From: Pocillopora damicornis
Taxonomy: Eukaryota
Direction of reading: 5' to 3'
Length of the DNA stretch: 64,000 bases
Assembly (NCBI RefSeq): GCF_003704095.1
Contig: NW_020847681.1
Location: 248,001 to 312,000 of the forward strand
Part shown: positions 26,938 through 41,900 of the stretch, piece after piece
How positions within the stretch are numbered: the first letter of the stretch is position 1
Layout: every line of letters begins with the position of its first letter
The notes under the pieces: model-generated
The model's input: the letters and a program-made list of their open reading frames with translations, nothing else
What the model was told of the DNA's origin: nothing
Databases searched by the model: none
Position numbers and translations under genes: made by a program

Positions 26938-29900
26938 ATGTATCGTTTTAAGGAGAAGACCCTGTTAATTCTTATTATCCTCGCCCCTGTGCTGGAGGTG
27001 ACAGAGACAAGTTTCAATGCTGTTTACATGAAGCAAACTGAAGCAAACTTTACGTGCGGAAATCCTCCCGAAGATTTCTTTGAAACTCAGCAAGGGTTTC
27101 TGAGCGCTGAGGACAGGATACCACTCACATGTAATTCCAGCGACCCAGCAAATGCATATCCTCCGCAAAACATGGTCGATGGCTCTTTATCAACTCATTG
27201 GCAATCGAAAGGTGGAGAGGACCTGGCAATAATTACAATACATTTTGAACAGGTATCATAAATAGTTTTAAGTTTAAATAAGCTAACGAGTAAAATTTAC
27301 ATAAATTGTGATAGCAGGATTCTTAAGGGAAAAGTCCGGCTATGTAGTTCATGGGTCATTCTCATCTTTTGCTTAAGACAGCCATTTAACAAGAAGAGTA
27401 TTAGTTATTTGATGATGACCGAGAAACGTTGAAATTTTTCAAGTAATATGCTCATCGATGTTGTACGGTGGGCTCGAACGTTCTATTAAATTTTGGAGAG
27501 TAGAGGCACTAAAGGACTTCAGTCACATAAACCGTTTCAACCCTTGCTCAAACTGGCCATCACTGTTGACTAACTGTGAAGGCTTTATTTCCTCTTTCAT
27601 ATCTTTGAATATGTTGGAGCTTGTCAACTGCTCCCTCGACTTATTGCTTTTGCTTGATTAACAACACGGAAGACATATTTCACTCCCACCTGAGCGAACA
27701 TATAACACTGGACAGACTGATAATCAGAAGTCATGAAGGATTTTGTAGTGGCCATAAAAAAACTGATACACAGGCCGAATTTGGGCTGGTTGTCAGAAAG
27801 ACACGTAGTTAAAGCGCTCTGATTGAAGTTCTCCAGGTCGGTACCTTTGTTTATGGATTGTCTACGCGATAACACCCGCAATAATGTTATTTCATAAAGG
27901 TATAGGATTCCGCATGATCCTTGGCCTCACATTGAATCTTTTCAAACACACTTATTCGTGGCTTTCGAAAATGTATAGAAATCTTTGAGACGTCAGAATA
28001 TATTCGACCGCCGGGAAACATTATACTGACCCTCAATCTTTGTTTCTCGCTGCCAAACATTCAGTCAAAAACTTGGAACAAGAGAATGATAACTTCTTGC
28101 CTTGAGTTATTATTAGTTAGTATGACCAGTATGTGAGAGGCCAATCATCAACATCGACAGTTGACTAAATTATTCTCCGTTACAGACACATGAACAAATT
28201 GAACTATCGGTTTCATTTGACTGGTGTTATATTTATGGCTTCAGTTTTGATGGTATACAAAAATAGTATCAGCCGTGAAGGTGGTATAACCAAAAGAAGG
28301 TAAAGAAAATCATGGTGCAGGCAAGAAAAGTTTTTACGAACCCTGCTATCCCTATATAGTTTCAACTGATTTACAGTGATTTTAAAGTTGGAGCTGTTGC
28401 TTAAAAGTAAACAAACTCCTATTTTGTTCCACTGCAGACATTCTTTGTCCAGGATATGAACATTACATTTGGAAACTATCGAAGGCCAGGAGCTATAAAG
28501 GTGGAAAAGTCGACAGATTTTGGTGCCACGTTTACTCCGTGGCACTACTTGGTAACCTCTCCTGCAGTCCGCCAATGTAGTACACAGTTTGGTGTCGCTG
28601 CCTACCAGGGAGTTATATCCAGTGTAGATCAAGTGTTGTGTACGGAGTACAGCCGTTATTTTCCACCAGAATATAATGAAACTGTAAGTAAGCCTTAGGA
28701 CCCCTCTCCCTCTCGAAAAATGACCGAATACAATGTTTGCCTTCTTAGCTGCCTTGTAAAATGTCAGGTGGTGTTAGATAATTATATCAGTAACTTCTTA
28801 AAGGCCCCTTTATGATACGAGAGTATCAGTATCACGAGAGTAGTACGAAATCGTTGGAAGATAATTTCCCTTAAATAAGAATCATTTGATGAACGAAATA
28901 AAGATGAAGATAAAGAAAATGAATGAATATAAACATTAATAAACTCGGAACAGAAGCCACACAGATTTACATTAGGGGTTAGTAGTCAACTAGTTAAAAA
29001 GTACAGATGTAAATATGCAACCATGAAAAAAAATAAATGAATAGATAAAAGAGGATAGCTATAGCTGTGACTGTTGTGTGTAGCTCTTCACGACACAGAA
29101 AAACTAGGTAAATTTTCTTTTTGTTTCAGATATACATTGACTTAAATCAGCCGCAGAGAGGAGATGGTACACCAGACCCTTATACGCCTGGTTTTCAGGT
29201 AAGATACAAATTAAATCAATAGGACATTCTTCTTCCTTATTTCTCTTGTCGCGACGTATGCTTTCGTTTCTTTCTCCTATGTTTTAGGCCTGGATGAACG
29301 CTACTGCAGTTAGATTCACCTTTTCGGGACTTTTTAGAAAGTTTGATACCATGGCAACATTGTGGGTGAGTGAACTTTTGTGTTTGCACATCATGCCAGC
29401 TTGTGAACATTCCATTACAAGTACCAATTCCGTATAGGAAAGTTTGGAAGCCAAACGTCCTGTCTCCAAGGCTTTCGAAATATTGCAAGATACACTTTTT
29501 AATGTTCTATTTGTCACCCAAACGCGATTGTTAGAAACGACAGAAAATATTTGACTCATCCAGCTCGTTTAGACTTTAGACTTAACTTAGCCCTTAGCCC
29601 TGATCTCATCCTTATTATCATCGTTATTACCAACAACTGGCCCGCATGGCTAAATAAAGTTTCCAATTTCACAGCATCATTACACTGTACGCGAAATTGA
29701 ACTGAGTGGTCGGTGCGACTGCAAAGGACACGGAGATGGCAATCATTGTCCGCTCAACCAGTCAACAGGCTTGCGCTCCTGCCAGTGCAAGGGTAACACG
29801 TGTGGAGTCAACTGTGATACTTGTTGTCCAATGTTCAATCAGTTCGCTTGGAAGATAGGCGGTGGAGCTCCCTGGACCAATGACGTTAATACAAAGTGTG

Positions 29901-32900
29901 AACGTAAGTAAGCAGCTGAAATCAGTGAACGAAGTGAATAAGATTTCCAGTGCAGGAGAAAATTGTGGCCAAACTTTCCATAGTATTCCGTTACCTTAAG
30001 TTATCTTAATTTTTTAAACATGCCCAGAATTGTTGAACTGTCATCACTTGATCTGCCGTTATCACGACATTTAATACCCTATACAATTTAAAAAAGTCGT
30101 TGAGGGTGCGAGTCATGTTATCCTTCCCAATCGAAATGTTTTGAACTAAGTGACTCACAAATCTATCTTCGTTCAAGCCTGTAACTGCCACAACCACGCT
30201 GTCACCTGCGCATACAACCGAACCGTACATGACCTGGGCCTGAGCATAAGTATCAATGGATCAAGGATGGGTGGAGGAGTATGCCTTAATTGCCAGGTGT
30301 GTTTCTCAATGCTCGAACATAACTACAGTACTCGAATCTAGCAAAGCTGGTGTTTCCACCGATAGAACTGTAATGAATAAACGGCAATGTTTCTTTTATC
30401 AAAATTTAAAACGAATCGACAACGTTGATGATCTTAGGCTCAAGAACTTATTGGACCGTAATTAAATCATTATGTTTAATTTTGGCAGACGACAAAGGCG
30501 TCAAGTACAACCCTTTCCTGAGGTTATAAATATAAGTTTCACCCACTAATGCTTCAGGTCAAAGATGAGGCTGGATATGATTGAAACAAGACATTAATTA
30601 AAGCTTTCAAGGGGTTCTATTTACCGAATTCAACTGAAAAAAACCTCGGAATTTTCAAGAATGGCCTCTTATGAGAGGTTTGATTTAATTATCTGGTATA
30701 ATCTGAATTCAGATTCGTCACTTAGATATCGCTTTAGCATAATTATATTACTTCACACAAGACTTAGTGTTGTACGACGTTACTCTAAAATGTTCCAGCA
30801 TAAGAGCCACACTAGTCAAAATCAGGATAAGCTCAACAGGACTTTTGGGCCATTAAAACTCCTGGGAATAATACAGTACAATATTGGTTACGGTAGGAAT
30901 TATATAACTATGTCATGATGTGGAAATAGTATAATCGTCACAAAAACTAGGCCTACAGTTCCCGCTCTGCACATTTTAAGAAGGCTAGCAAACTTTGACC
31001 TCTACAAGTTAATTGCTATCTCCTCACTATAAGTATGCTGAAACCTAAATAAATTTTGGAAAATGATAAGTCACAAACTTGTGATATGATCTGAGATAGT
31101 TCCATTTCTGATGGCCAGTACTATTGATGGATACTTTGTACTTGGTCATGCCTCATACGGTGGAGGTGGAGCAGATGGGATACGATCTTCAAAAGTGTCA
31201 AATCCACGAACATTAATAACTCTCGATCCCACATATTCACTGACAACTTGAGTATTGAATGTGGAAGATTCTATGGTTTGACCTTGCTGCTGATCTGCTG
31301 TGTACGGCGGCGGTGGAGCGGAACCTGAGTTGTTTGGAACACTACTGAGCGTAAAAGGGTTCGACGAGCTGGCACGTAGGTTTATTTGTGTCGAAGGCTC
31401 CATTTGCTCCCTGGGCGGCTCACTTACGGTGGGATTTGAAGCGTCATCCAGTCCGCAGAAGCACCTAAGAATACGCCTCGAGTAAACGATGATAAAAATT
31501 ATATTTTTGCTCATAAAAACAGAAACGCTTCTGCCACATCCTTGGAATAATCCCAAACGGAGTCCAAAGAATATCATGTCAAAGACTACTTGAATACCAA
31601 AACTTAATAAATAACATGTTCTGTCACCCTCCACGTTTTCGGCGTCGCGGTCTAAAGACGCACCCAAGGGCCACCACATGAAACTCAGACAAGTAAAGGC
31701 AATAATTGCATTTTTGAAATCTTTCGAAATCTCCTGGTTGTACTGGCTTTCTTCTAAGAGGACACTAAGTAGTTCAATTCCACCAAAAGCATTTATGGTG
31801 GCCTTCGCTGTCCATTCGCAGACACGATTCGCATGGACTATCGGCTGATTTGATGCTATCCTTGTATGCAGTGTTAGGAGAAGTAGAAATGGCGTTATGC
31901 AAAGAGTCATTATTAAAGTGCTGGCATTCCAGAATCCTTCACTTCCGATTTTGCCACAGATACGACCAAATACGATGCCTACCATGGGTACAATTCCCAG
32001 CCAAACATACACGATCCAAAATAAAAGCACTTGGGAAAGTTCCCCATTATTGCTGTTGATAAACCACCAAATCGCTGCAGCAGGCATGTAAAATATGGAG
32101 GCTGCGTACCAGTTGCCACTATCTTCGTAGTGCGCTGGATACGAAGCCAATAAAAAGCACTGCAAGACCATGAGAGTAAAAAATGCAAAACGAGCGACGG
32201 CAATAAATATGTCAGCCATGGCTATTTTGCTATGATGCTTTAGAGAAATTAACAGACCACAAGTTCATGACCTTAAGGAAGTGTTGTCGTGGAAACAAAG
32301 AAATGTTATTAAATGAAATGCCTGTCATCTGAAAAGCTGCCAAAATGGACAGATGAATCCTTAGCGTCCATCTAAAACTCGCTATTCTGATGGAAATATA
32401 GAACAAGACTGCGACCAATAAAATGTGGCGATCAACTTTGGATCTATACTAAATTCAGTGATGTCAATACTCACTGTGACTGCCTTTCGCGAAAAATTCG
32501 TCAAACACTTTCTACCTAAACTCTGCAAAAGAATTTCCACGAAAAGCTCTGGATAAAATCCATAAAACTCGTCGCTCGTGGATCATTGGTTTAGAGGCCA
32601 CAGCTGACCGAATATTTCTTAGTTTAAAGCTGGCAAAAGTAGGCGATATTCCCTAAGGGATATTCTCGCATTCTCAAAGCTGACTTCTGCCACCGTCAGA
32701 GAGAATTTTCCCGCTCTTTTTCAATAAGATGAGATAAACTCCTTTGCTCATTAAGTCTTACCAATGAATATTTAGAAGCCAGCATCTTGAGCCGCAAACG
32801 TTTATGAATAAACGGTGTTTATAAGCATTTTATCCTGTACGCTGCGGAATAAATTTTATAGGTGAAAGATAAACAACGGCCTCCATTTGGCACGAGAATA

Positions 32901-35900
32901 TGCCATAATATTTAATTGCGGACATCGTATCAGTTCCTCGAGTTTCACAGTTTTACTCGAGCTTCACTCTTGAAAGACTGTTCGCCTTTCGGAACACAAT
33001 AACTCCGTGGAAAAATATCCCAACATAATTTCGCGCTAAATGGTGACTTCCGTTCATCTTTTTTTAAGTTCTAAACACGATAGCTTAGTTAAGTCATAAA
33101 TGATATTCTTACGCAACCAAAAAATTATTCTCATCTTTTAGTGAGCTACTCATTTGAGATTCTCCGTTAATATTTAAGTTCCATTAGTTTCTGTAAAGCT
33201 GCAGATATTGTGTGCATTGATGCTTTCCTGTCACCTGTATTTCTTTCTTAGCATAATACGCAAGGGATTAACTGTGAAAAGTGTCAAGCCTACTTTTATC
33301 GACCAATTGGAAAGAATAACACAGATACCGACGCTTGTAAAGGTGAGAGAGAAAGGAAATTACTTAACCAAATACAGAGTAATTTGAATGGGACTTTTTC
33401 TGAGCAGAATATCTGCATGAAACACGACTTGATCGTCACAGGTAAACTGCAGTTCACGAAATTAAAGAAAATAAATCCCGAAAGACCTCGGCTTTGACTG
33501 AGAACCTCTTTAAGAGTCTCTAAGGCCCTAAACCCGCTAAGCCACGAAGAGACATGTGGGATGGGTAGCAAATGCCCGTGTTGCAGTGATGAAAAAACGT
33601 GCTGGTCTTCACTTCCGTTCCTCTTGACGTAATAGAATAGGTAAAATACTTAAAATAAGTATTTGTTATAATTTTATATGTGGTGGTACAGCCGTTGTAG
33701 TATGTTTCGTTGGGTAGATAGATTTGACACGTTTATATGCTCAATGCTTCTCTAGTTTGCTCTTTGGCGGGAGGTCATGAAGCTACTTCATTTCAGTTCA
33801 ATAAGCGAACTGACCAATAAACAATTGGGTTAAAATTACCTGAATGACGATCCGTAGGGTTTTTCCCTCGTAACGTGTTTGTAAAGCCTTGCTTCTATTA
33901 ATCTCACAACAAAAGTATTATTGACAACTGATACTGATACGTGTTGTAACAACAAGTCAATGATCCCCTCACAGATCTTGGAGGCTGGCTTTTAGTTACG
34001 CTGATACTTAACGATCTCATTAATTCATCCTCCAGAAAATTTGAATTTTTTAGTAGATGGCTGTTTAAGTCGTTTGAGAGAGGCAGAAACTGATTTATAC
34101 AAATACCATTTATGGGTAATAGTTGTGTCAGGTAAATTTTGAAGAAATTCAAACAAGAAAGTTAACAGTTCTAGCCCGTAGTTAATCTTTCTTTTGCGAG
34201 CTGTTATTACAGATGATTTCTTTTGTCTGTGTAATTGTAGATCATTTTCACATTGCTATTCTGTTTTTGAAGAGTAAACTTTAATTCTTAAATTTTCCTC
34301 ACTCTACATTTTAATTCAACTTCTAACTTGACAAAAACACTGTAAACTAGACGTTTTGGATTCTGTTCACTCAAAACAAAACCACGTGTAAAACAATGTT
34401 GCCTTTTTATGATAGAACTAAACATCTCATCGTATGCTGTCATAAGTGTTTTTTTTTTCCTTCCTCTTTTCGTCTCTCTTGAGTCACTTAGCCCAGTTAA
34501 TCAGCAGGAAGCGGTTAGAGTGAGAAGGCTCGCTTGTTCCGAAATTTCACTTTCATTAACGAAAAAAGCTAGAGAAATGGTCAGACATAAGTACAATTTC
34601 GCATATTACGTGACAGCCTTAGCTCAGCTCTATGCTTTGTATTCTGATTGAGCACGCTCTTTCAATCTTTCAACGCAAATTATATCCGAACTTTATCATA
34701 AAAGCCATCTAGAGCAAAATAGCTGGCTATATAAACGATCATGAACTTGAGGGAGATTTATAAGTACCACATGAAACTTACATAGTTTAACGCTGTTGAT
34801 GTGCCATTGAGTATCGCGAGATCTCCAGACAGACCTCCGATTCCACTCCCTTATCTTTTTGCTTACGTCTTAAATTTGGACACTATGAAGATCCTGGGGG
34901 CCTTCTTGTCTACAAGAAAGTTTTCAACCACGACATAATTTGGTAATACGGTGTATTTTAGGTAGAATTAGGTCCCGTATCAGAAGAACTATATATATAG
35001 CTAAAATACTTTCATGATTGTTTAAAGAGAAATAGGAAAGTATTGAGTGGACCTGTCACATAATCCATAACTTTCCCCTTTATCTTTAGCATGCAATTGT
35101 AACAGAAATGGAACAGCAAATGTGTCAAGTTTGTCGTTTGGTGACTGTGTACGGGATGAAGACGAGTTGTCAAAACATTTTGGAAAGGTAATATCTTGTA
35201 AAACTTCTTTATGACTTACACCGTACACTAACTACTTTTAACCACATTCTTTGATAATAAGAGGAAGCTGAAAAACGAAACACTTTGGATTATCTACCTA
35301 AGTAAAAATGACCTTCCTTATATCGTGCATGGCTGCTTATTCCTTAGCAACCAGGCGATTGCTACTGCAAGGAGTTTGTGCGAGGTCGCCAGTGTGACAC
35401 TTGTCAGGAGGGATATTACAGACTGACTCAAGACAACCCTCAGGGGTGCACTGGTGAGAAAACTATTACCTTTGCAACGTTTTAGTGCCTAGAACATATT
35501 CCATCCTGAAATCCGATTTTCCAGATTGGCACCCGAGTCCCACAATTAAGTTGATTCCTTCACAGATCATGGGACGGTTATAGCTTAAATAATTTCGCGT
35601 CTAACACTCAACATCAAACCTTTGGTGCTGAAGGTTAAGGTTATGCCAAGGAATACGTTTGACTAACACAACGAAATTTCCTTGCAGCTTGCAGTTGTCA
35701 CTTGAATGGAACGAAAGGTCGATCCCGTGTCTGTCAAAGGGTTAGTGTTCCAAACAGAAAGTATATTTTAAACCAATTCAGAAAACTAGAAATGAGATAT
35801 CTGAGGTCGACAATTTTCTATATCATTGGAATTTTCGTTTTTCTTTCCAACGTACCAAAATAATAATATTTGGAGGTCCTTCACGCCAATCTTGAGGTAG

Positions 35901-38900
35901 CAAACATGAGCCTTTCAAAATATCTAAACTTGGCGCCTTCCAAAGAAAATGAAAGATGAACTAAATGCGAAAACAGAACAAAGAAAAGTACAAATCATGT
36001 GTATTACATATTGATAACTTTTTCTGTCAATCTTCACTTGTGTCACGGCTAGGGCTACTACGGCCAGTGTAACTGTAAACCAAATGTTGATCTAAGGGAC
36101 TGCAGCCAGTGTAAAGATGGATATTATGACTTGCAGGATTCTGATGGCAATGGTTGTAAAGGTGAGTAACACTCACCGTAGTTGTCTAAGTATGAGATGA
36201 TATAATAATGCTAATAATGCTAGTGGGCTTACTTGCCATAAAAGCACCTGTTTTAAAATAGCAAAGAAAAAAGCCTCGTCACAATTGACTCGTTTATCGG
36301 CAATAATGCTAGTTCATACGTAGCATACTTGTATCACTAGCTATTAGCAATCATCAGTTCCGTAACTCCTTCTCGCTTCTACCCACTGTTAATCCCATTC
36401 TTTTTACCTATATCTAGGCACTTTCATTCCTTTCACCTATTTGCAAGCTTTTGTTCAATAAGCTCACTTATGTTCCGAGTGTTGCCGTTTACTTAAAAGC
36501 TACGTATGCACCGTGGATCAACATCACGAAATAAACGGCCAGAAGAACTTTCGTGTATTTCTAAAGATGTGACAATTCCCAGATAGTGAAAGAAACCATC
36601 CTAATTGGTAAAACGTTATAAACCTTCTGCCTTAGCTGAGGGTGTATTTTGGAAACGACACTGAATTTCCCGATACTCATTCTTGTAGCATGTAATTGTG
36701 ATGTGGGCGGGACAGCCAATGGCGCGATATGTGACAAGACGACAGGTGTCTGTCACTGCCGACCACACGTCACCGGAACATCTTGTAACAGGTACTGTGA
36801 TCATAAATGACTCAGTCTTTTAACCTCACTCATCATCCCTCTGGAATGACTGCAACACCGTCGATCCGTTCATCTAAGTTAAGGATTTTTAATAATTAAC
36901 AACTATTCACCGCAGTGGAGGTGGCTAGTGATGCATATTTATCAAGCCGCAAAGCGGTGAGGTAAATATCCATTGCTACCCAACGACACCGAGGTGAATA
37001 GGTCTTTTGGTATATATAGTTAGACAGGTAGTTAACCCATTTATTTCTTCAACCATCGCAAATATTTTCGGGCGCAAATCCTGCGCAAAGGATATTCGGA
37101 TTGTTTGAATAGCCAATCAGAGCGCGCCTACAACGTTATCCAGTGTTTTAGTATATGCTTATACAGGTTATTCGTTATCCAGTCTAGGTAAATTGTAATT
37201 ACGACATAGAACAGTTTCCTCGTCAATACATGTGATGTGTAGACAAAGGCCATCTCTTAAACTTAAGGGCGACTGGTTTTTAAACTCCCTGTCGTTGTTG
37301 TTTTCCAAAGAACGGCCATGGGCTTCTACTATCCAGATACTCACTTTATACAAGCCTCACGAAATCCCTACAAACCACCCACAGTAAGTGTAATACAACA
37401 TTTTATTTATTTATTTATTGTTACAATCCTAAAACTGAATGATTCGTCACTGAGAAACTCAAATCACGTACTTATTCTACTCAAAACAAACATGTGCAAA
37501 CAAAAGTCACAATCAGGCAATTCACTGAGCAAGGAATTCAGCTTTGACGATGAACCAAGGCAATCAAGAAGATTATTTTTCCGTGAGAAAGGTTTATGCT
37601 CATCTCTCTCAATGTAAATTTTGTTGTCCAAGTTTACAACCAATTTTTCCGTACGTTTCTTTTGCAGGACATACTTAACGTGTCATTGGAAATCCCTAAA
37701 ACGGGGAAGTACCGCGTTCTGGTTAAATACACCAATGAAGGCGTAAAAGCTCAACTGAATGTTGCCCTTCAATTTCAAAACACTTCTGGAGCTAACGATC
37801 CGATGATCTTTTCAGCCTCATTAGCGGAAGGGTGCGACAACTGCCTTGAAACCATAAATCCCGACCTTGACTATCTTTCGTTGACAAATGGAACCTGGAT
37901 GATCAGCATAACAACTATGCAGCTTTATGACCAACTAAAACTGGTAAAAAGCCAGTTTGCTTTAACCCCTCTTCTATTCTATTTGAATTATATTGCAATA
38001 TCATGATATTCAACAATTCTGTTACATAGAAACGTGAAATGCGAAACTGACACAAAAGTAGTCACGAAATCATAATAGTGAGAGAATCAAAACTACGAGA
38101 AGTGTAATATATATTTGTCTGTGAGTATTAGTGGAAGCATATAACCTAGAACTAGGTTATATACCTTTAGTATGGCGAAAAAATAAAGGTCCAGTCCTCG
38201 ACGGGGAAGAATGGATGATCCTCACTAAACCAGATATGCCACGTTACTTTACAAGGATATACTTTTCATTTCTTGTAGGAAGGTGTTGTAGCCATTCCTA
38301 AAGAGTTCAAACAAGCCACGGTACTTGGCGACGAAAGTGCACAGTTCGATTTTCTTTGTAGCGTTGATGGAAATGATATGACGTAAGAACATATGCGATA
38401 CATAACATCCATAAATCACTTTCTCACAAAAGAAGGTGCCATGTCATTCGCCAGAAATTCTCTCCTTAAACTCATTAAAGAATTGATGTTTCAAGATAAA
38501 AGAGTCAATGGTATGAGGAAGCAGCCGGGTTAGATCACAGTTGTTGCAATCGGTATTCCTAGGTCCGCAGGGTGAACTCTTTTTCGAAACGTATTTGAGA
38601 AAAAGGCTATTAATCATTAACAGCATTATTTATCATTTAGAACTTCAAGGTAGATATGCACTAGATATGCATTTTCATTTTATGTCCCCAATTACGATCA
38701 ACAAAACATTGATAATTACATGCTTTTAGCACAGAACCAAGGTGCTTACCGTGGTTATTCAGTGTTACCATGGATTATCTAAATGGAGCACTAGGTAAGA
38801 AAGGAAATCTTTGTTTTTTTTTGGTTGTCTTGTGTTCTTATTTGTTACATACTATTATCTTGTATCTTGTCTTTCTGTTGACTGCCTTTTGTTTTCTGTT

Positions 38901-41900
38901 AGCTGCCTTTGGTTCAGTCCTCCCTTTCTTTCGGCCGAATTTTACGAAACGATGCAGTTAAACGAACTGACCGACCTATTCAAACACCGCTCTTGTCATA
39001 ACTTACAGACAAGGAAATCAAAGACATTGACTCGTAAAAGTAAATCTTGTTGTTGTTGTTGTTACACGCTGGTTAGTGCTATTACAGCTCCTCATTTTAC
39101 TTCATAGCCTGTGAATGCCATCCTTTGGGATCCAACAGTTCAATCTGTCAGGAGTATGGGGGCCAGTGTTCATGTAAGCAGGGAGTGGAAGGACGAGACT
39201 GCAGTAGGTGCAAGCCGGGATTTTATAATCTTACGGAGGAAGGTTGTACCCGTAAGTATTTTAAAAATTGAATTATCCTCAGAAGCTAGAGTCTAACTAT
39301 AGTTACCTGCTGCGATTCTTACGGATATTTTCTCTCATACTGAATTTTAAAGAGACAGTAAGCTCTGCCTTTAACGTTTGATTCATATTTGTACCGAATG
39401 CTTGTAAAGTTATTAGTCATTCTTGGAAATGACAAGCTTCGATCGATATACAAATGAGAGTATGTCGTTATTCATAAATGAACATACGGACTTCTTCATA
39501 TTTCCTAGCCTTTCTTAGTTGACGGAAAGTAAAGCTTTACACTGAGGAAAAACTATTTTTTTCATGTCTTAGCTTGTGGTTGCAATGGGCCAAACAAAGT
39601 TTGCGACGTTATAACTGGAAAGTGCGAATGTCCAGAGAGTACCGTAGGACGAACATGCGAGCCATGTCAATGTAACAATAATTCAGACAGGTGTCTGAGG
39701 ACTGGAGAATGTCTCGAATGTCAGTCTAACACAACTGGCTTCTACTGTCAGCACTGTGATGACGGGACGTTTGGAAATGCAGTCATTCAGCAATGTGAAG
39801 GTAAGCATAATCTGGCATTACGTTGGGTAGTATTCTAGCAACAGAAGATCCAAACAAAAATTGCAATAATTTAAATATTTATGAAAACGTTTACGACTTT
39901 TTGACATTCAAGTTGTATGGGTCATTAAAAAAACTAAATTCTTAAACATGCGAATAATCATTAGGTGATAAACAAGGTTTTCCGAGCCAACCAATTTTTA
40001 CAAATTGAATTTCATCTCCTCAACCACGTTTGTGATTTTCAGCCGTTGAAGTTGGGAGAACTTTAATTTTACTGCAATCGTCACTGTTTCTAACTGTTTG
40101 GTTAAGACATGACCTTGTGACCTTACTTTATTATCCATTTTAGAGAGCAATGTCAACTGAATGTGTGATTTTAGAACAACTTCTCATCCGATCGTGTTTT
40201 TACCCATACCTCCACAGCATGTGCTTGCAGCAAAATTGGTTCGTTGGGTCAATCATGTGATAGGGTTACGGGGCAATGTAACTGTAAAACAAGCGTCACT
40301 GGAAGAAATTGCACTTTGTGTGAGGTAGTTATCCTCTTTTTTTCCGACTTACAGTGAATGAGTACTTTTTCCACAAACCTCACTTCTTCACTCCTTACTC
40401 GACAGACCAACACGTTTAACTTTGGTCCCACGGGTTGTGAAGACTGTCGATGTAACTCGTTTGGATCAGCGAGCTTGCAGTGCAATTCGAGTGGACAGTG
40501 CCCATGTCAAGCCAATGCGACAGGACTGAAATGCACGCAGTGTGCATCCGGGTTCTATGGACTTCCAGAAGGACCGTGTGGAGGTACAGCTCAGGTTCAT
40601 AAATCAATCACCGTTGGCATATTTTCCCTACAAACACAAGCCTGAAAAACTCTTCTTAGCACTAGCAACGAAATGAACTGAGGATAAACCTTACCTGGGT
40701 ATTTTTTATATTCAAAACAAGACCCTTCGCATCATAATGCACAAAACCTCACTAATCCTTTCCGAGCGCCATCATGGTATCTTATTCTTCATTACAAATC
40801 TTGCCTTGTGATTACCATTTGATAGCTTAAAGACTTTTTTCCGCCCTCTTTTCCGATATTCCTAGAATGCGACTGCAACACAACGGGTACAACTCCTGGT
40901 ACAGTGTGTACAAATGATACCATTGGACAATGTCAGTGCAAGCTGGGTGTCACGGGAAGGTCATGTGATCAGTGTATGAAATTCTTCACCAACCTATCGG
41001 ATAAGGGATGTGAAGGTACGATTTACATTCTAGTTGAAATTGTAGGGCTTATTTACATAGCACTACGTTTGCTTAGGGCGTCACATGCAATCAGATTTAA
41101 ACACGAATACAACAACTTTATGACAAATGTACACAAACTTTGAAACGCTTAAAAACCCATATGAAAGCCTTGTCATAACCACAGAATATTTCAATGACGA
41201 AAGTTTTATGTAGTTTCTGCATTTTTAAGCAACGTGAGCAATTTCAGCTGCATGGTATGGTCATGTGGAAAGAAATGTACCTTGTAAAATGGACCTTCTC
41301 GTGGTGATAGATGATGGCTGTATTCATTGAGATTTTACGATGTGTTGGGTAAATCAAGTTGCTGCCTGGCATTACGACAGTGTTAGTTCGGCTGGCGTTT
41401 AGATAATTGATGCTTCTAGATGAGAAACTAAAATTTCGACTTATTTGCTCGATTCCCATCCAGCATGCTCCATGTGCATACAGAATTTACGGCAGTCGAT
41501 TGAGAACAATTCATACGTCGTGAATGAAACAAGTGCAGAGGTTATGCAGCTGAAAGACTTTGCAAACTTCAATAATCCAATGGTAGACGTGTCTCGTTCA
41601 CTACAGCGAACTAAGGTTGGTGATGTTCCACACCAATTGATCTAATTACACGACCTACCTTTGCATATATTCCACGCACATTTCGTTTTGTTTAGCATAT
41701 CTAGCCAACAATTCAATAGAGAAGTCATAAAAGGTTTTGAGTCTTGTTCATTTACCTAGTATAAAAAAAGAAAACATTGTAGGGTAGAATTTTATGTTAT
41801 GAAAAACAATTAAAAACGCATCGTTGCGGATATGTGGAAATCTTATCATGTTACCCTCTCTATCTATCCCTTTTCCTTTGTATTCATAGGGTTTTGTCTG

